Source: a virus
Length of the DNA: 64,000 nucleotides
Strand: one strand, 5' to 3'
IMG/VR virus record: IMGVR_UViG_3300033149_001989
Location: 69,761-133,760 of that record
In this document: piece by piece, positions 19,593 through 27,659 of the stretch
Layout: the number at the start of each line of letters is the position of its first letter
Numbering within the stretch: position 1 is the first letter of the stretch
The notes under the pieces: model-generated
The model's database searches: none
Told to the model about the DNA's origin: nothing
What the model saw: the letters and a program-made list of their open reading frames with translations, nothing else
Program-made: the position numbers and the translations under genes

Positions 19593-19822
19593 CAATCTCT
19601 TTTGTATACTGTCCTCCCGTAATTTATCCGATTCCAGATTCTTTCAAATCCAAAATGTAACCCGAAACAAATACCCTCAACAACAAGGGCTAACCCCAAA
19701 GCAATTTTAAGGTCAGGAATAAAGAAGGAAAATATAAGAGTATCTATTGCTATTTCAATTGCTCTAAACGAAATCGCTTTTGCTAGTGACCGCTTCTTTG
19801 TTTCGTGTACTTTTAATTCCAA
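19526..19822 (-). CDS. DUF2061-like membrane protein
   Basis: ETKKRSLAKAISFR...FERIWNRINYG; 3' end runs into rnpB. Confidence 0.7.
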   Translation of the reverse strand: MELKVHETKKRSLAKAISFRAIEIAIDTLIFSFFIPDLKIALGLALVVEGICFGLHFGFERIWNRINYGRTVYKRDCEQAEWTPYGEESRDTTEQDAG

Positions 19823-19834
19823 TTATTTTCCTTT

Positions 19835-19922
19835 TGGCGGAGGGGGAGGGATTCGAACCCTCGGTGGTTTGACCCACGTCAGTTTTCAAGACTGCTCCTT
19901 TAATCCGCTCAGGCACCCCTCC
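19835..19922 (-). tRNA. tRNA-Ser(TGA)
   Basis: Cloverleaf, loop CTTGAAA, long variable arm, G73, CCA. Confidence 0.95.
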
Positions 19923-20001
19923 TATAGTAATATCCCAACCTGTACTCTTTGTCATAACTTTTATTGGACAACTCTCCGATATTTACCTATCCTATTTTTT
20001 A

Positions 20002-20685
20002 TCACAGTAAACTTCTTATAACTTTTTTAGTATCTGTAACACTATCTACCTTAATACACTTTACTCCAACTTCTTTAACCGCAAAATCATTACCGATAAA
20101 TAAAATTTCCTTCTTTTTGAAGCCCTGCTCCATAATTTTTGAAATAGCGAATGCTTTATTAATACCCTTCTTAGTAATATCTATTGAAGTTGTTCCACCT
20201 ATTTTTATCTCTAGACCAACAAGTAAAGCCTCAAGTCTCGCACACATTATTTTACGTTTTGAGGCATCCGCATCCCATTTACTTTTTAATTCAAGTGGTG
20301 CATTCCGACCTAACGCTGAGAACGTTATTTGTGTTCCTCTATCCTCTATAATATCCCCGTAAGAATTCCCCCAAGAAATATCAATACCAACTGAGGCTGT
20401 TTCTAACGCTCTATAGATTTTATTCTTAACATTTTCGTTTAGGTTATCTTCATAAATACATTTGTAATGCCCATCGTACATCTTAGAACCGTTTGTGGGA
20501 AATAGCATCAATTTATCGTGTTCAATAGTTAACTGAGAAATAAATTGTTTTATATCACCACCAGAAATAACTGCCACAAAATACTTATCAAGTAATTTAT
20601 ATAACAGTTCTTTCATTTCACTATCAACCAAACATTTACTTTCGGTTAATGTACCATCAAGGTCAAAAACAATTACTTTCTTCAT
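20002..20685 (-). CDS. HAD-IIB hydrolase (phosphomannomutase-like)
   Basis: FDLDGTL, ISGG, IEDRGTQITFSALG, GGTTSIDIT, NKAFA. Confidence 0.9.
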   Translation of the reverse strand: MKKVIVFDLDGTLTESKCLVDSEMKELLYKLLDKYFVAVISGGDIKQFISQLTIEHDKLMLFPTNGSKMYDGHYKCIYEDNLNENVKNKIYRALETASVGIDISWGNSYGDIIEDRGTQITFSALGRNAPLELKSKWDADASKRKIMCARLEALLVGLEIKIGGTTSIDITKKGINKAFAISKIMEQGFKKKEILFIGNDFAVKEVGVKCIKVDSVTDTKKVIRSLL

Positions 20686-20686
20686 G

Positions 20687-20759
20687 CTGCCGAGGGTGGA
20701 CTCGAACCACCAATTACAGGTTCAAAGCCTGCTGTCCTTACCAATTAGACTACTCGGCA
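20687..20759 (-). tRNA. tRNA-Gln(TTG)
   Basis: Loop CTTTGAA, U1:A72; no encoded CCA. Confidence 0.93.
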
Positions 20760-21031
20760 TTTGTTAAGCACATAAATTTATGTTCGCAATACTTACATTT
20801 TTGTACTAGTTGTTTTGTTCTTACTTTATTTTCCCAACATTCCCAACAAGGACGTAATTGCCTTGAATAGTTTGCATTGTGATATTTATTTGGACATAAA
20901 TGGTGAACCTCATTACTAAATCCATATTTTACATCCCACTTAAAGAATTCTCTGCAAGTTAAACAGAATCCATACTTAGGATTAAAATCTTTCCATCGAG
21001 GCTGTTTCCAATTTGTTATTAAGTCATCCAT
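20750..21031 (-). CDS. hypothetical protein with C-terminal Cys tag
   Basis: Start at MDDLIT; CKYCEHKFMCLT at 20762-20797. Confidence 0.75.
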   Translation of the reverse strand: MDDLITNWKQPRWKDFNPKYGFCLTCREFFKWDVKYGFSNEVHHLCPNKYHNANYSRQLRPCWECWENKVRTKQLVQKCKYCEHKFMCLTNAE

Positions 21032-21033
21032 TG

Positions 21034-21115
21034 AGCCGCCAGCAGGACTCGAACCCGCAATGAGTTTCCTCAGCATTTTACAAGAATGCTGCACTACCAA
21101 TTGTGCGATGGCGGC
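21034..21115 (-). tRNA. tRNA-Thr(TGT) with long variable arm
   Basis: Loop CTTGTAA; extra arm TGAG-GAAA-CTCA; no CCA. Confidence 0.88.
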
Positions 21116-21224
21116 TAATAACTTTTACCTCGACGTATCTTTGACACCGATAGTTTTTCCGCCTTCTCTATTTTTGGATTTATATGATACACAATCAAAT
21201 GGTTCAAGCAATATCATTTCATTT

Positions 21225-21300
21225 TGGTGGGGGTAGGGGGATTCGAACCCCCACTGACAGATTGAAGGTCTGTCATCCTAGCCTTTTAGATTATACCCCC
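21225..21300 (-). tRNA. tRNA-Glu(TTC), C33
   Basis: ACAGA-CCTTCAA-TCTGT; CCA. Confidence 0.8.
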
Positions 21301-21477
21301 ATTTTTCTCAAACCATTTTTTAAGTTCTTTGACATTACCTGCTAAACTATTTAGATACTTTACTACATTACCAAGTTCAGTAATTGCTTCATTCAAATGT
21401 TTTTCACAGTCCTTTGTTCTCTCTTTCCCCAACTCCAAATTCATTTGTTCTAACGTAATATCATCAAATTCACCCAT
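21286..21477 (-). CDS. small coiled-coil hypothetical protein
   Basis: Start MGEFDD with GAGG ribosome-binding site. Confidence 0.55.
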   Translation of the reverse strand: MGEFDDITLEQMNLELGKERTKDCEKHLNEAITELGNVVKYLNSLAGNVKELKKWFEKNGGII

Positions 21478-21502
21478 TTCAACCTCAACGCAAGTTACTA
21501 TC

Positions 21503-21563
21503 TGGTCTGGGTGGTTGAATTCGAACCAACGACCTCCTGGCTCTGTCACTAACGTACACCCAG
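21503..21563 (-). pseudogene. internally deleted tRNA (Pro-like)
   Basis: Acceptor CTGGGTG/CACCCAG-A-CCA and T arm intact; D arm and anticodon largely missing. Confidence 0.7.
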
Positions 21564-21564
21564 A

Positions 21565-21640
21565 TGGTCAGGGTGGGAGAATTTGAATCTCCTCTAAATG
21601 CTCCCAAAGCACTTGTGCTACCGTTAAACACTACACCCTG
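21565..21640 (-). tRNA. tRNA-Pro(TGG)
   Basis: Loop TTTGGGA, C1:G72, CCA. Confidence 0.92.
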
Positions 21641-21674
21641 TACATTCCGATTACCTAACACATATTCCTCTTCT

Positions 21675-22274
21675 TTAATAATCAATTACTATTGGTTTGT
21701 TAACCAAATGATAACATTCATTGACCACCGAAGCGTTTATAAATCTAGTTTCACGATTATACTTCTCTCCATACGCTTCGTGAATATGACCAAAAACGTG
21801 AAATTGCGGTTTAATTTCCCTTACCTTGTCCAATAATGATTGCGAACCAGCACAAACGTTCCCAATTGTTCTATCCAAGAATCCCCTTGGTGGCGAGTGA
21901 GTTATCAAAATATCCGTTCCTCTTGGTATCTGTTCCCACATCTTTGCAAGTTCTTTTTCACCAGTCATAAAAGCCCAAGCACCAAATTTAGGGCTAAACG
22001 GGGAAGCCCAAACCTTTATTCCTTTAAACTTTAGCGGCTCGTTTATCAAGGTTATTGCATTCTTTAATTGCCTATCTCTCGTAACAAACCTGAAATCGTG
22101 GTTACCTGGTGTAAAGATTATATAATTAAATGGCAACGTTCCCAACCAAGCATCAAACATATCAACTTCCTCATCATTGCCCATCATGGTGGCATCACCA
22201 GCGTGGATTAAAACATCACCTTCTGGTAACTCTGGTGTTAACCCATGTGTATCTGATATAATTACTAATCTCAT
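21675..22274 (-). CDS. calcineurin-like metallophosphoesterase
   Basis: SDTH, HAGD, GNHD, THSPP, FGHIHE. Confidence 0.92.
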   Translation of the reverse strand: MRLVIISDTHGLTPELPEGDVLIHAGDATMMGNDEEVDMFDAWLGTLPFNYIIFTPGNHDFRFVTRDRQLKNAITLINEPLKFKGIKVWASPFSPKFGAWAFMTGEKELAKMWEQIPRGTDILITHSPPRGFLDRTIGNVCAGSQSLLDKVREIKPQFHVFGHIHEAYGEKYNRETRFINASVVNECYHLVNKPIVIDY

Positions 22275-22348
22275 TGGTGGAGGTTACGAGACTCGAACTC
22301 GTCTTAATGCCTTGCAAGGGCATTGTTCTCCCGCTGAACTAAACCCCC
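22275..22348 (-). tRNA. tRNA-Ala(TGC)
   Basis: Loop CTTGCAA, G3:U70, CCA. Confidence 0.95.
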
Positions 22349-22454
22349 TTTATTTAATATCTCTTCCCAAGTCAAACCGAGATTACGCATACACCAATGT
22401 ACTGCCTTGTGGCAAATACCACATTTGTGCGTCAGTTATACTATAATCATCCAT

Positions 22455-22546
22455 TGGTGGGAGAGGTAGGACTTGAACCTACAACGTTTACCCTGTGGGT
22501 GGGAGTTTTACAGACTCCTGCCTTCACCAATTCGGCTCACTCTCCC
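22455..22546 (-). tRNA. tRNA-Tyr(GTA)
   Basis: Loop CTGTAAA, long variable arm, CCA. Confidence 0.95.
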
Positions 22547-22592
22547 TAATGTTCCCAAATTGAGGTGGTTTAAATTCTTTAGAGCTACCTCT

Positions 22593-22727
22593 CAGGGTTT
22601 TCAGCAGACCATCTACCTTCCACAGCGGATACAGCACCATGATGATTGCCGTTCACTCAAACTGGTTAGATTTTCCCGCACCTGCCCCTAGCTACGGCTA
22701 GTTAGGTGTATCTGCTTACTAACCCTG
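22593..22727 (-). ncRNA. candidate structured RNA between tRNA-Leu and tRNA-Tyr
   Basis: Terminal pairing CAGGGUU/AACCCUG and AGCAGAU/GUCUGCU; internal CUAGC-CGUA-GCUAG hairpin. Confidence 0.4.
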
Positions 22728-22802
22728 TGTCGGTGATGAGATTCGAACTCACACTGAGTAGATTTTAAGTCTACTACCTCTGCCAAATTGGGTTACACCG
22801 AC
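22728..22802 (-). tRNA. tRNA-Leu(TAA), short variable loop
   Basis: Loop CTTAAAA, A73; no CCA. Confidence 0.88.
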
Positions 22803-23135
22803 TTAATCCAACCAACCTTTCAGGTATCGTGACTTTCTAATTGCCAAATCAACTTCTGCAAACTGGTCAATCACATCTAGCATCTGACGTGCTTCTCTAA
22901 TAGGAATATAACCCCAATGCCTTCGAGGATTACCGCACACACAACAAGAACAGGGAACTCTGGTTTTTCTATAAATTCCTAGAAATCTCTCAATTTCATA
23001 ATCTGTAAACTTGTACCTTGTACCAGATTGTTTTTTATTTCTAGGATTAAACCCGTGCCATTTCTTGAAAACTTTGGTGGCTACCTTATTGGCAATGACT
23101 AATCTATTTCCACGCACGAAACCTCCGTTGCTCAA
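22803..23135 (-). CDS. hypothetical phage protein
   Basis: PCSCCVCGNPRRHWG motif. Confidence 0.65.
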   Translation of the reverse strand: MSNGGFVRGNRLVIANKVATKVFKKWHGFNPRNKKQSGTRYKFTDYEIERFLGIYRKTRVPCSCCVCGNPRRHWGYIPIREARQMLDVIDQFAEVDLAIRKSRYLKGWLD

Positions 23136-23168
23136 TCTACATATTTATCGCTATCACCTCAGTTGGCT

Positions 23169-23247
23169 TGGCGGGAGTGGAAGGACTTGAACCCTCATTA
23201 CCTCGTTTTGGAGACGAATATTTTTTATCCAATTAAACTACACTCCC
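23169..23247 (-). tRNA. tRNA-Trp(CCA)
   Basis: Loop CTCCAAA, G73, CCA. Confidence 0.9.
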
Positions 23248-23254
23248 TTAATAG

Positions 23255-23328
23255 TACCCAGGGAGAGATTCGAACTCTCAAAATCTCGCTTTTGAGGCGA
23301 ACACGTCTACCAATTGCGTCACCTGGGC
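23255..23328 (-). tRNA. tRNA-Leu(CAA), short variable loop
   Basis: Loop CTCAAAA, A73; no CCA. Confidence 0.88.
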
Positions 23329-23484
23329 TTATAGGTTTTTTCGTTCACAATATATGATATAAGACTTTTATTTATCGCACAACAGGGTATATGACACCCC
23401 ACACCTTCTTGCTAATCTAATTTCCTCGGCTTGTTCTTCGATATTCTTCTTCATTATGACAAGGTATAATCACTACCGCATCTG

Positions 23485-23557
23485 AGCGGGTGATGGGTTT
23501 CGAACCCACTACCTTCTGGACGGCAACCAAACGTTCATCCAAATGAACTTCACCCGC
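23485..23557 (-). tRNA. tRNA-Gly(GCC)
   Basis: Loop TTGCCGT, U73; no CCA. Confidence 0.9.
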
Positions 23558-23700
23558 TTATTTCTTTTTCCACTTTATGTTTGCTCTCAAGAATTCAAAC
23601 CAAGTGTCAAAATTTACATAATGCACAACTTCTTTGTTTTGTGTATAGCAAGAAAACCTGATAGGACAACACTCACAACCCCTCTGAACATTCTACTGTG
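23558..23700 (-). pseudogene. frameshifted small gene carrying the Cys tag
   Basis: CECCPIRFSCYT at 23642-23677 reads on to a TAA; no in-frame start found. Confidence 0.55.
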
Positions 23701-23761
23701 AAGGGGTATATTCCTGCTAATGCTTTATCCCTGTATCAATGTATAATTCCATTATTCCATT

Positions 23762-23836
23762 TGGGGTGAGCGGTGGGTATCGAACCCACTTCAAGAGGGT
23801 CACAACCTCTTATTCTGCTTTTGAACTACGCCCACC
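23762..23836 (-). tRNA. tRNA-His(GTG)
   Basis: Loop TTGTGAC, G-1:C73, CCA. Confidence 0.93.
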
Positions 23837-23837
23837 A

Positions 23838-24033
23838 TTTCTACCAGCGAATGTCTCAATCTGACTATTACAGTTTGGGCAGAGAGGTCTCAAGTTCTCT
23901 AGTCTAGAATTGTCTCTTACACCGTTTTTATGGTCAAGAATAAGAACCATAGGTTTGCCTTGCCAAATAGGTTCTAATCCACAAATTGCACATTAGATAA
24001 TTGCTATATCTTACTTCTTTTCCTACGTTTCAT
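23838..24033 (-). pseudogene. HNH endonuclease remnant
   Basis: CAICG...LDHKNGVRDNSRLENLRPLCPNC; 5' end disrupted. Confidence 0.8.
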
Positions 24034-24038
24034 ACTTA

Positions 24039-24536
24039 TCACACCAAAATTTTAGTAAACGTTAGCTGACTGGGTAAGGGTATCTTATATGTAAACCACG
24101 CTGTTGCAAACCAAGGTATTTGCTTACCAGACGGTATTTCGAACTTTACTCTCTTATTCATCAAAAGAAGACTAATCCCATATCGTGAGAATAATTCCTG
24201 TCTTGCTTCCGATTCCAAAGCCGTTAAAGGAAGAAGTAAAGCGAATGGTTTACCAAGACTGTAACATCGCTCCAGCACTCTTGTCTTAATGGAGTAAGGT
24301 GGATTACTGACAATGGCATCAAAGTTATCGGGACATTTAGTCAAACAGTCATAATTAGTACCAATAACCTTAAATCCTTTCTCACGCAAAACAGTAGTAA
24401 CATTACCAGTAGCTTCCGAAAGTTCCCAAATAGTCCACACCTTATTCAGGTAAGGAATTAGTGGTTCCACCGCATAATTAGGAGTATATACTTCATCCTG
24501 TTTTTTGTTATGTAATAATCTAAGTTTACTATCCAT
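24039..24536 (-). CDS. small amino-methyltransferase (probable DNA adenine MTase)
   Basis: DEVYTP, IVSNPPYS, GKPFALLLP. Confidence 0.8.
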   Translation of the reverse strand: MDSKLRLLHNKKQDEVYTPNYAVEPLIPYLNKVWTIWELSEATGNVTTVLREKGFKVIGTNYDCLTKCPDNFDAIVSNPPYSIKTRVLERCYSLGKPFALLLPLTALESEARQELFSRYGISLLLMNKRVKFEIPSGKQIPWFATAWFTYKIPLPSQLTFTKILV

Positions 24537-24584
24537 AGTTTTTTCGTCTTACTCTACAATACTTTTTATCTTCTTTCATATTAA

Positions 24585-24613
24585 ATAGTACCACGTGCCC
24601 GACAAAAAGTCAA
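24585..24613 (-). promoter_or_regulatory. sigma70-type promoter
   Basis: TTGACT-N17-TACTAT, extended -10 TG, GGCACG in spacer. Confidence 0.7.
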
Positions 24614-24633
24614 GTACATCCTTTCAGCCGAAA

Positions 24634-24710
24634 TGGTGGAGATAACAGGATTCGAACCTGTACTAAATTGGTTCTTAGCCAATTGCCTCTACCAATTGGG
24701 CTATATCTCC
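24634..24710 (-). tRNA. tRNA-Leu(AAG), short variable loop
   Basis: ATTGG-CTAAGAA-CCAAT, A73, CCA. Confidence 0.88.
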
Positions 24711-24753
24711 AGAGTGGTCACTAAAATAAAAACTTTATGCTTCAATATATCAA

Positions 24754-24828
24754 TGGTTCCCAAGTGAGGATTCGAACCTCAAATTCAACGTTCAGAGCGT
24801 TACGTCCTACCTGTTAGACTACTTGGGA
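24754..24828 (-). tRNA. tRNA-Gln(CTG)
   Basis: Loop CTCTGAA, CCA. Confidence 0.92.
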
Positions 24829-24833
24829 ATAAT

Positions 24834-24890
24834 TGGTTGCGGTAACTGGGATTCGAACCATCGGTTAACAGCCGAGTCTATTATACCGCA
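24834..24890 (-). pseudogene. internally deleted tRNA-Asn(GTT)
   Basis: Acceptor stem, loop CTGTTAA, TTCGAAT and CCA present; D arm and variable region missing. Confidence 0.7.
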
Positions 24891-24930
24891 AAATATTCTT
24901 TCCTTTACAATCTATTACGTTCGGCAGGAA

Positions 24931-25449
24931 TTAGATTTGTCCAGTACTAAACTTTTCTAACATTTCTTTTTGTTCGTCAGTTAAAGCTTTTGGTAGAACT
25001 ACCCTTAAAATAAAGTAGTATTTATTATTACCATCTTGTACATGTATTATTTGTCCATTTTGGGACAATTCTGGTATTTTTAAAGAAATTTTTTTACCAA
25101 TATCAACAACCTTCACCCCACCAAGAATCATTGTTAACCAGTCCACTGGGATTTCTATCTGAACAGTTCTGACAGTATACCCACTACCCCAACGGGCAAA
25201 AACATCATCAAATGGATTACTAAAATTAAACTCCCTGTAAAATATATCAAACGGGTTTATATTTTGCCTATGTTTTAGTCGCTTCGTTAACCCCTCGTAG
25301 GCTTCGTTGATTTCTTTGAACCTATTCTCTGCTTCGATAGATTTATTCACATCAGGATGCCACTTTCGTGCTAACCTACGATATGCCTTCTTAATCTCAT
25401 CAAGTGAGGCATTTCTGTTTACCCCTAGTATCTTATAGTAATCCTTCAT
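24931..25449 (-). CDS. DnaJ-class chaperone (J domain plus partial C domain)
   Basis: [32 protein letters not shown]. Confidence 0.92.
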   Translation of the reverse strand: MKDYYKILGVNRNASLDEIKKAYRRLARKWHPDVNKSIEAENRFKEINEAYEGLTKRLKHRQNINPFDIFYREFNFSNPFDDVFARWGSGYTVRTVQIEIPVDWLTMILGGVKVVDIGKKISLKIPELSQNGQIIHVQDGNNKYYFILRVVLPKALTDEQKEMLEKFSTGQI

Positions 25450-25475
25450 ATTTCCCTCATAATACGTGGATTTGC

Positions 25476-25868
25476 TTATGAGACAAACCTAGTTATAGCC
25501 CTCCCCTTTAATATATTCACTAACGTAGGAAAAGGAATATGCTTTGCTCCTGGCAAATCATAAAGCATCATTTTAGCACCAGCATAATTTAGGGTGTGTA
25601 TTATAATTTGCTTACTTCTTATATTATTATCAGCGATATATTTAGCTACCCACCACCCAGTATTGGGGTCAAGTGAATCTACATAAACCTTTCCACCCAA
25701 GTCGTGGTCTAGAAACATAATATCAAAGTCATTTTCATTCTTTAAGATTTCAATTGCTGTATCTCTGGAGTCCGCCACAAAAATCACAGATTCATTAATC
25801 ACGTCTTTCAACAGTCTCAACAGAGTGTTTTGTCGTTCTACCATATCATCTAAGATAAATATTTTCAT
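25476..25868 (-). CDS. receiver-like domain (cyclic-phosphate-processing type)
   Basis: [29 protein letters not shown]; start reset to ATG 25868. Confidence 0.75.
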   Translation of the reverse strand: MKIFILDDMVERQNTLLRLLKDVINESVIFVADSRDTAIEILKNENDFDIMFLDHDLGGKVYVDSLDPNTGWWVAKYIADNNIRSKQIIIHTLNYAGAKMMLYDLPGAKHIPFPTLVNILKGRAITRFVS

Positions 25869-25870
25869 TT

Positions 25871-25947
25871 TGGCTCTGGTGGCTAGGCTCGAACTAGCAT
25901 ATTTCTCCTTAACAGGGAGGTTCATTACCTTATTATGATACACCAGA
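25871..25947 (-). tRNA. tRNA-Asn(GTT)
   Basis: Loop CTGTTAA, G73, CCA. Confidence 0.9.
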
Positions 25948-25951
25948 ATCG

Positions 25952-26026
25952 AGGCACGGGTGGGAATTGAATCCACGTATGCGGTCTTGCAAACCGCCGC
26001 CTAAACCTAACTCGGACCACCGTGCC
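25952..26026 (-). tRNA. tRNA-Cys(GCA)
   Basis: Loop TTGCAAG, U73; no CCA. Confidence 0.9.
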
Positions 26027-26068
26027 ACTTTCTTCATTTTATCTTTATACGGTATTTATTTTTCTATG

Positions 26069-26143
26069 CCCCCCGTAGCGGACTTGAACCGCTAATCTCT
26101 CTGCTCGACAGGCAGGTATTTTAGCCGATTAAACTAACGAGGG
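26069..26143 (-). tRNA. tRNA-Asp(GTC)
   Basis: Loop CTGTCGA, G73; no CCA. Confidence 0.9.
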
Positions 26144-26169
26144 ATGTTGCTCAACCAACACTAATGACC

Positions 26170-26553
26170 TTATTTCTCTTTTCTATAAAGAGTACCTTCT
26201 ATATTAACTGTATTAGGAAACTTGACCCACGCATATTTCACAAAAACTTTTCTTTCATCCGTTGGAAACAATTTAGCATATGGAAAACCATGGTCATCAA
26301 ACCAGGCACCACCATCATTCAAATGCTTTAACAGCCCTAATCTTAAACATTTTGGAACAACAAATTTAGCTTCAAAGTAATACCAGCTACACTGCTGATA
26401 TTTTCTGTCTATTTCAAGTTTGAAATTTACAGGGTCAACGTTGATTATATTACTAGTGAAACATTCAAATCTATGAATACAATTCTCGCAATCACTTGGA
26501 ATATTCCACTTTCTTTTTAATGTAACATCACAAATGCTGATTCGCAGTTCCAT
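26170..26553 (-). CDS. hypothetical protein with Cys tag
   Basis: CENCIHRFECFT at 26455-26490. Confidence 0.8.
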   Translation of the reverse strand: MELRISICDVTLKRKWNIPSDCENCIHRFECFTSNIINVDPVNFKLEIDRKYQQCSWYYFEAKFVVPKCLRLGLLKHLNDGGAWFDDHGFPYAKLFPTDERKVFVKYAWVKFPNTVNIEGTLYRKEK

Positions 26554-26557
26554 ATTT

Positions 26558-26637
26558 TGGTGCTGGTAGCAAGATTCGAACTTGCAACATTTCGGGTCTA
26601 AGCCGAACGCCTCTGCCTTTGTTTGGGCTATACCAGC
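26558..26637 (-). tRNA. tRNA-Leu(TAG), short variable loop
   Basis: Loop CTTAGAC, A73, CCA. Confidence 0.88.
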
Positions 26638-26695
26638 AATATGCGGGGAGGCTTATAACGAATTAGTGACTTGCTCCCCAATTTGTGTCCTCCCG

Positions 26696-26775
26696 ACCCA
26701 CCGACGAGATTTGAACTCGTATTTTCAGTTCCATTTACGGCTAAGAGTTTAGGAAACTCCCCCGACTACGGCGGG
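26696..26775 (-). ncRNA. D-armless tRNA-like RNA with CCT anticodon-like loop
   Basis: Acceptor CCCGCCG/CGGTGGG, T arm ACGAG-TTCAAAT-CTCGT, stem-loop GGAGT-TTCCTAA-ACTCT only about 8 nt after the acceptor strand. Confidence 0.7.
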
Positions 26776-27018
26776 TTATCTAGTCCAACAAGCAAATCTT
26801 AGCGGACACTGGTTACACTGTTTATCTAAGTCATCAAAGTTTATTCTCTTCTTTGCTATTTTATAATAACTTTTCCTACCAGTAAAATACCACCGACAAG
26901 ATAGAACATAATTATTACAATACTTACAAACAAGGTCACCAGTACTAATTGGTCTAGTATCTCTATCTGTTTCCTGTATTGTTAAAAACTTGCCACAATA
27001 CTCGCAATAATAATACAT
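26776..27018 (-). CDS. zinc-ribbon protein with C-terminal Cys tag
   Basis: CEYC..CKYC; ends CNQCPLRFACWTR*. Confidence 0.8.
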   Translation of the reverse strand: MYYYCEYCGKFLTIQETDRDTRPISTGDLVCKYCNNYVLSCRWYFTGRKSYYKIAKKRINFDDLDKQCNQCPLRFACWTR

Positions 27019-27224
27019 TATCTTGTCCAACATTCGTAGCGATTTTTACATTTTTCACAAATTTTTGGTCGCTTCGTTTGTGGAACTTCAACAACTTTGA
27101 TATTATCTAATGCCTTGCCACCAACGCAGTTAGACGAATATAAGCACAACTCAAGGTTATAAATATTCATCCAACCTTCCCCCAACTTTTCATCCCATCT
27201 TACTTTAAATATCTTTTCATACAT
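27018..27224 (-). CDS. hypothetical protein with C-terminal Cys tag
   Basis: Ends CEKCKNRYECWTR*. Confidence 0.8.
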   Translation of the reverse strand: MYEKIFKVRWDEKLGEGWMNIYNLELCLYSSNCVGGKALDNIKVVEVPQTKRPKICEKCKNRYECWTR

Positions 27225-27227
27225 AAT

Positions 27228-27302
27228 TGGCACCCCCGATAGGACTCGAACCTACATATCATCGGGTAGAAGCCGATTGCTGTTCCATTCAGCTACGGGG
27301 GC
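27228..27302 (-). tRNA. tRNA-Arg(TCT)
   Basis: Loop CTTCTAC, CCA. Confidence 0.93.
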
Positions 27303-27351
27303 AACTATCGTTTTGGACACTATCACAAAGTTCTTTTTCATTTATACATAT

Positions 27352-27431
27352 TGGACCCCCTAGCGGGACTCGAACCCACAACTAACCGAAGTTCGTAGCT
27401 TCGTGCTCTAAATCCATTGAGCTATAGGGGG
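27352..27431 (-). tRNA. tRNA-Arg(ACG)
   Basis: Loop CTACGAA, CCA. Confidence 0.92.
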
Positions 27432-27467
27432 TAATGTGTTCTATTTATTCTTTACAAACCTAACATG

Positions 27468-27541
27468 TAGGTGCGAAGGGAGTCGAACCCTTACTGCCCT
27501 GCTTAAGAGGCAGGTATTCTAACCAATTGAACTACGCACCC
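27468..27541 (-). tRNA. tRNA-Lys(CTT)
   Basis: Loop CTCTTAA; no CCA. Confidence 0.93.
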
Positions 27542-27568
27542 GCTAATCATACCCATTAATCTCATCTG

Positions 27569-27658
27569 TAGGCGTGGTAGGAATCGAACCTACTCCTTGG
27601 GTATATCAGACCCTAAACGGCTTATAAGACCGCTGCTCATCCATAGAGCTTCACGCCC
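27569..27658 (-). tRNA. tRNA-Ile(TAT) with long variable arm
   Basis: GCGGT-CTTATAA-GCCGT; extra arm containing GGGT...ACCC; no CCA. Confidence 0.85.
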
Positions 27659-27659
27659 A

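Noticed and set aside
19196-19710. Short ORFs over rnpB and ORFs spanning tRNAs (e.g. 19764, 21485, 23163, 28193)
   Set aside because: They are incidental reading frames across structural RNA genes.
21225-21300. Opal suppressor or Sec tRNA (TCA)
   Set aside because: The ACAGA/TCTGT stem centres TTC in the 7 nt loop; the TCA register does not pair and there is no Sec-type long arm.
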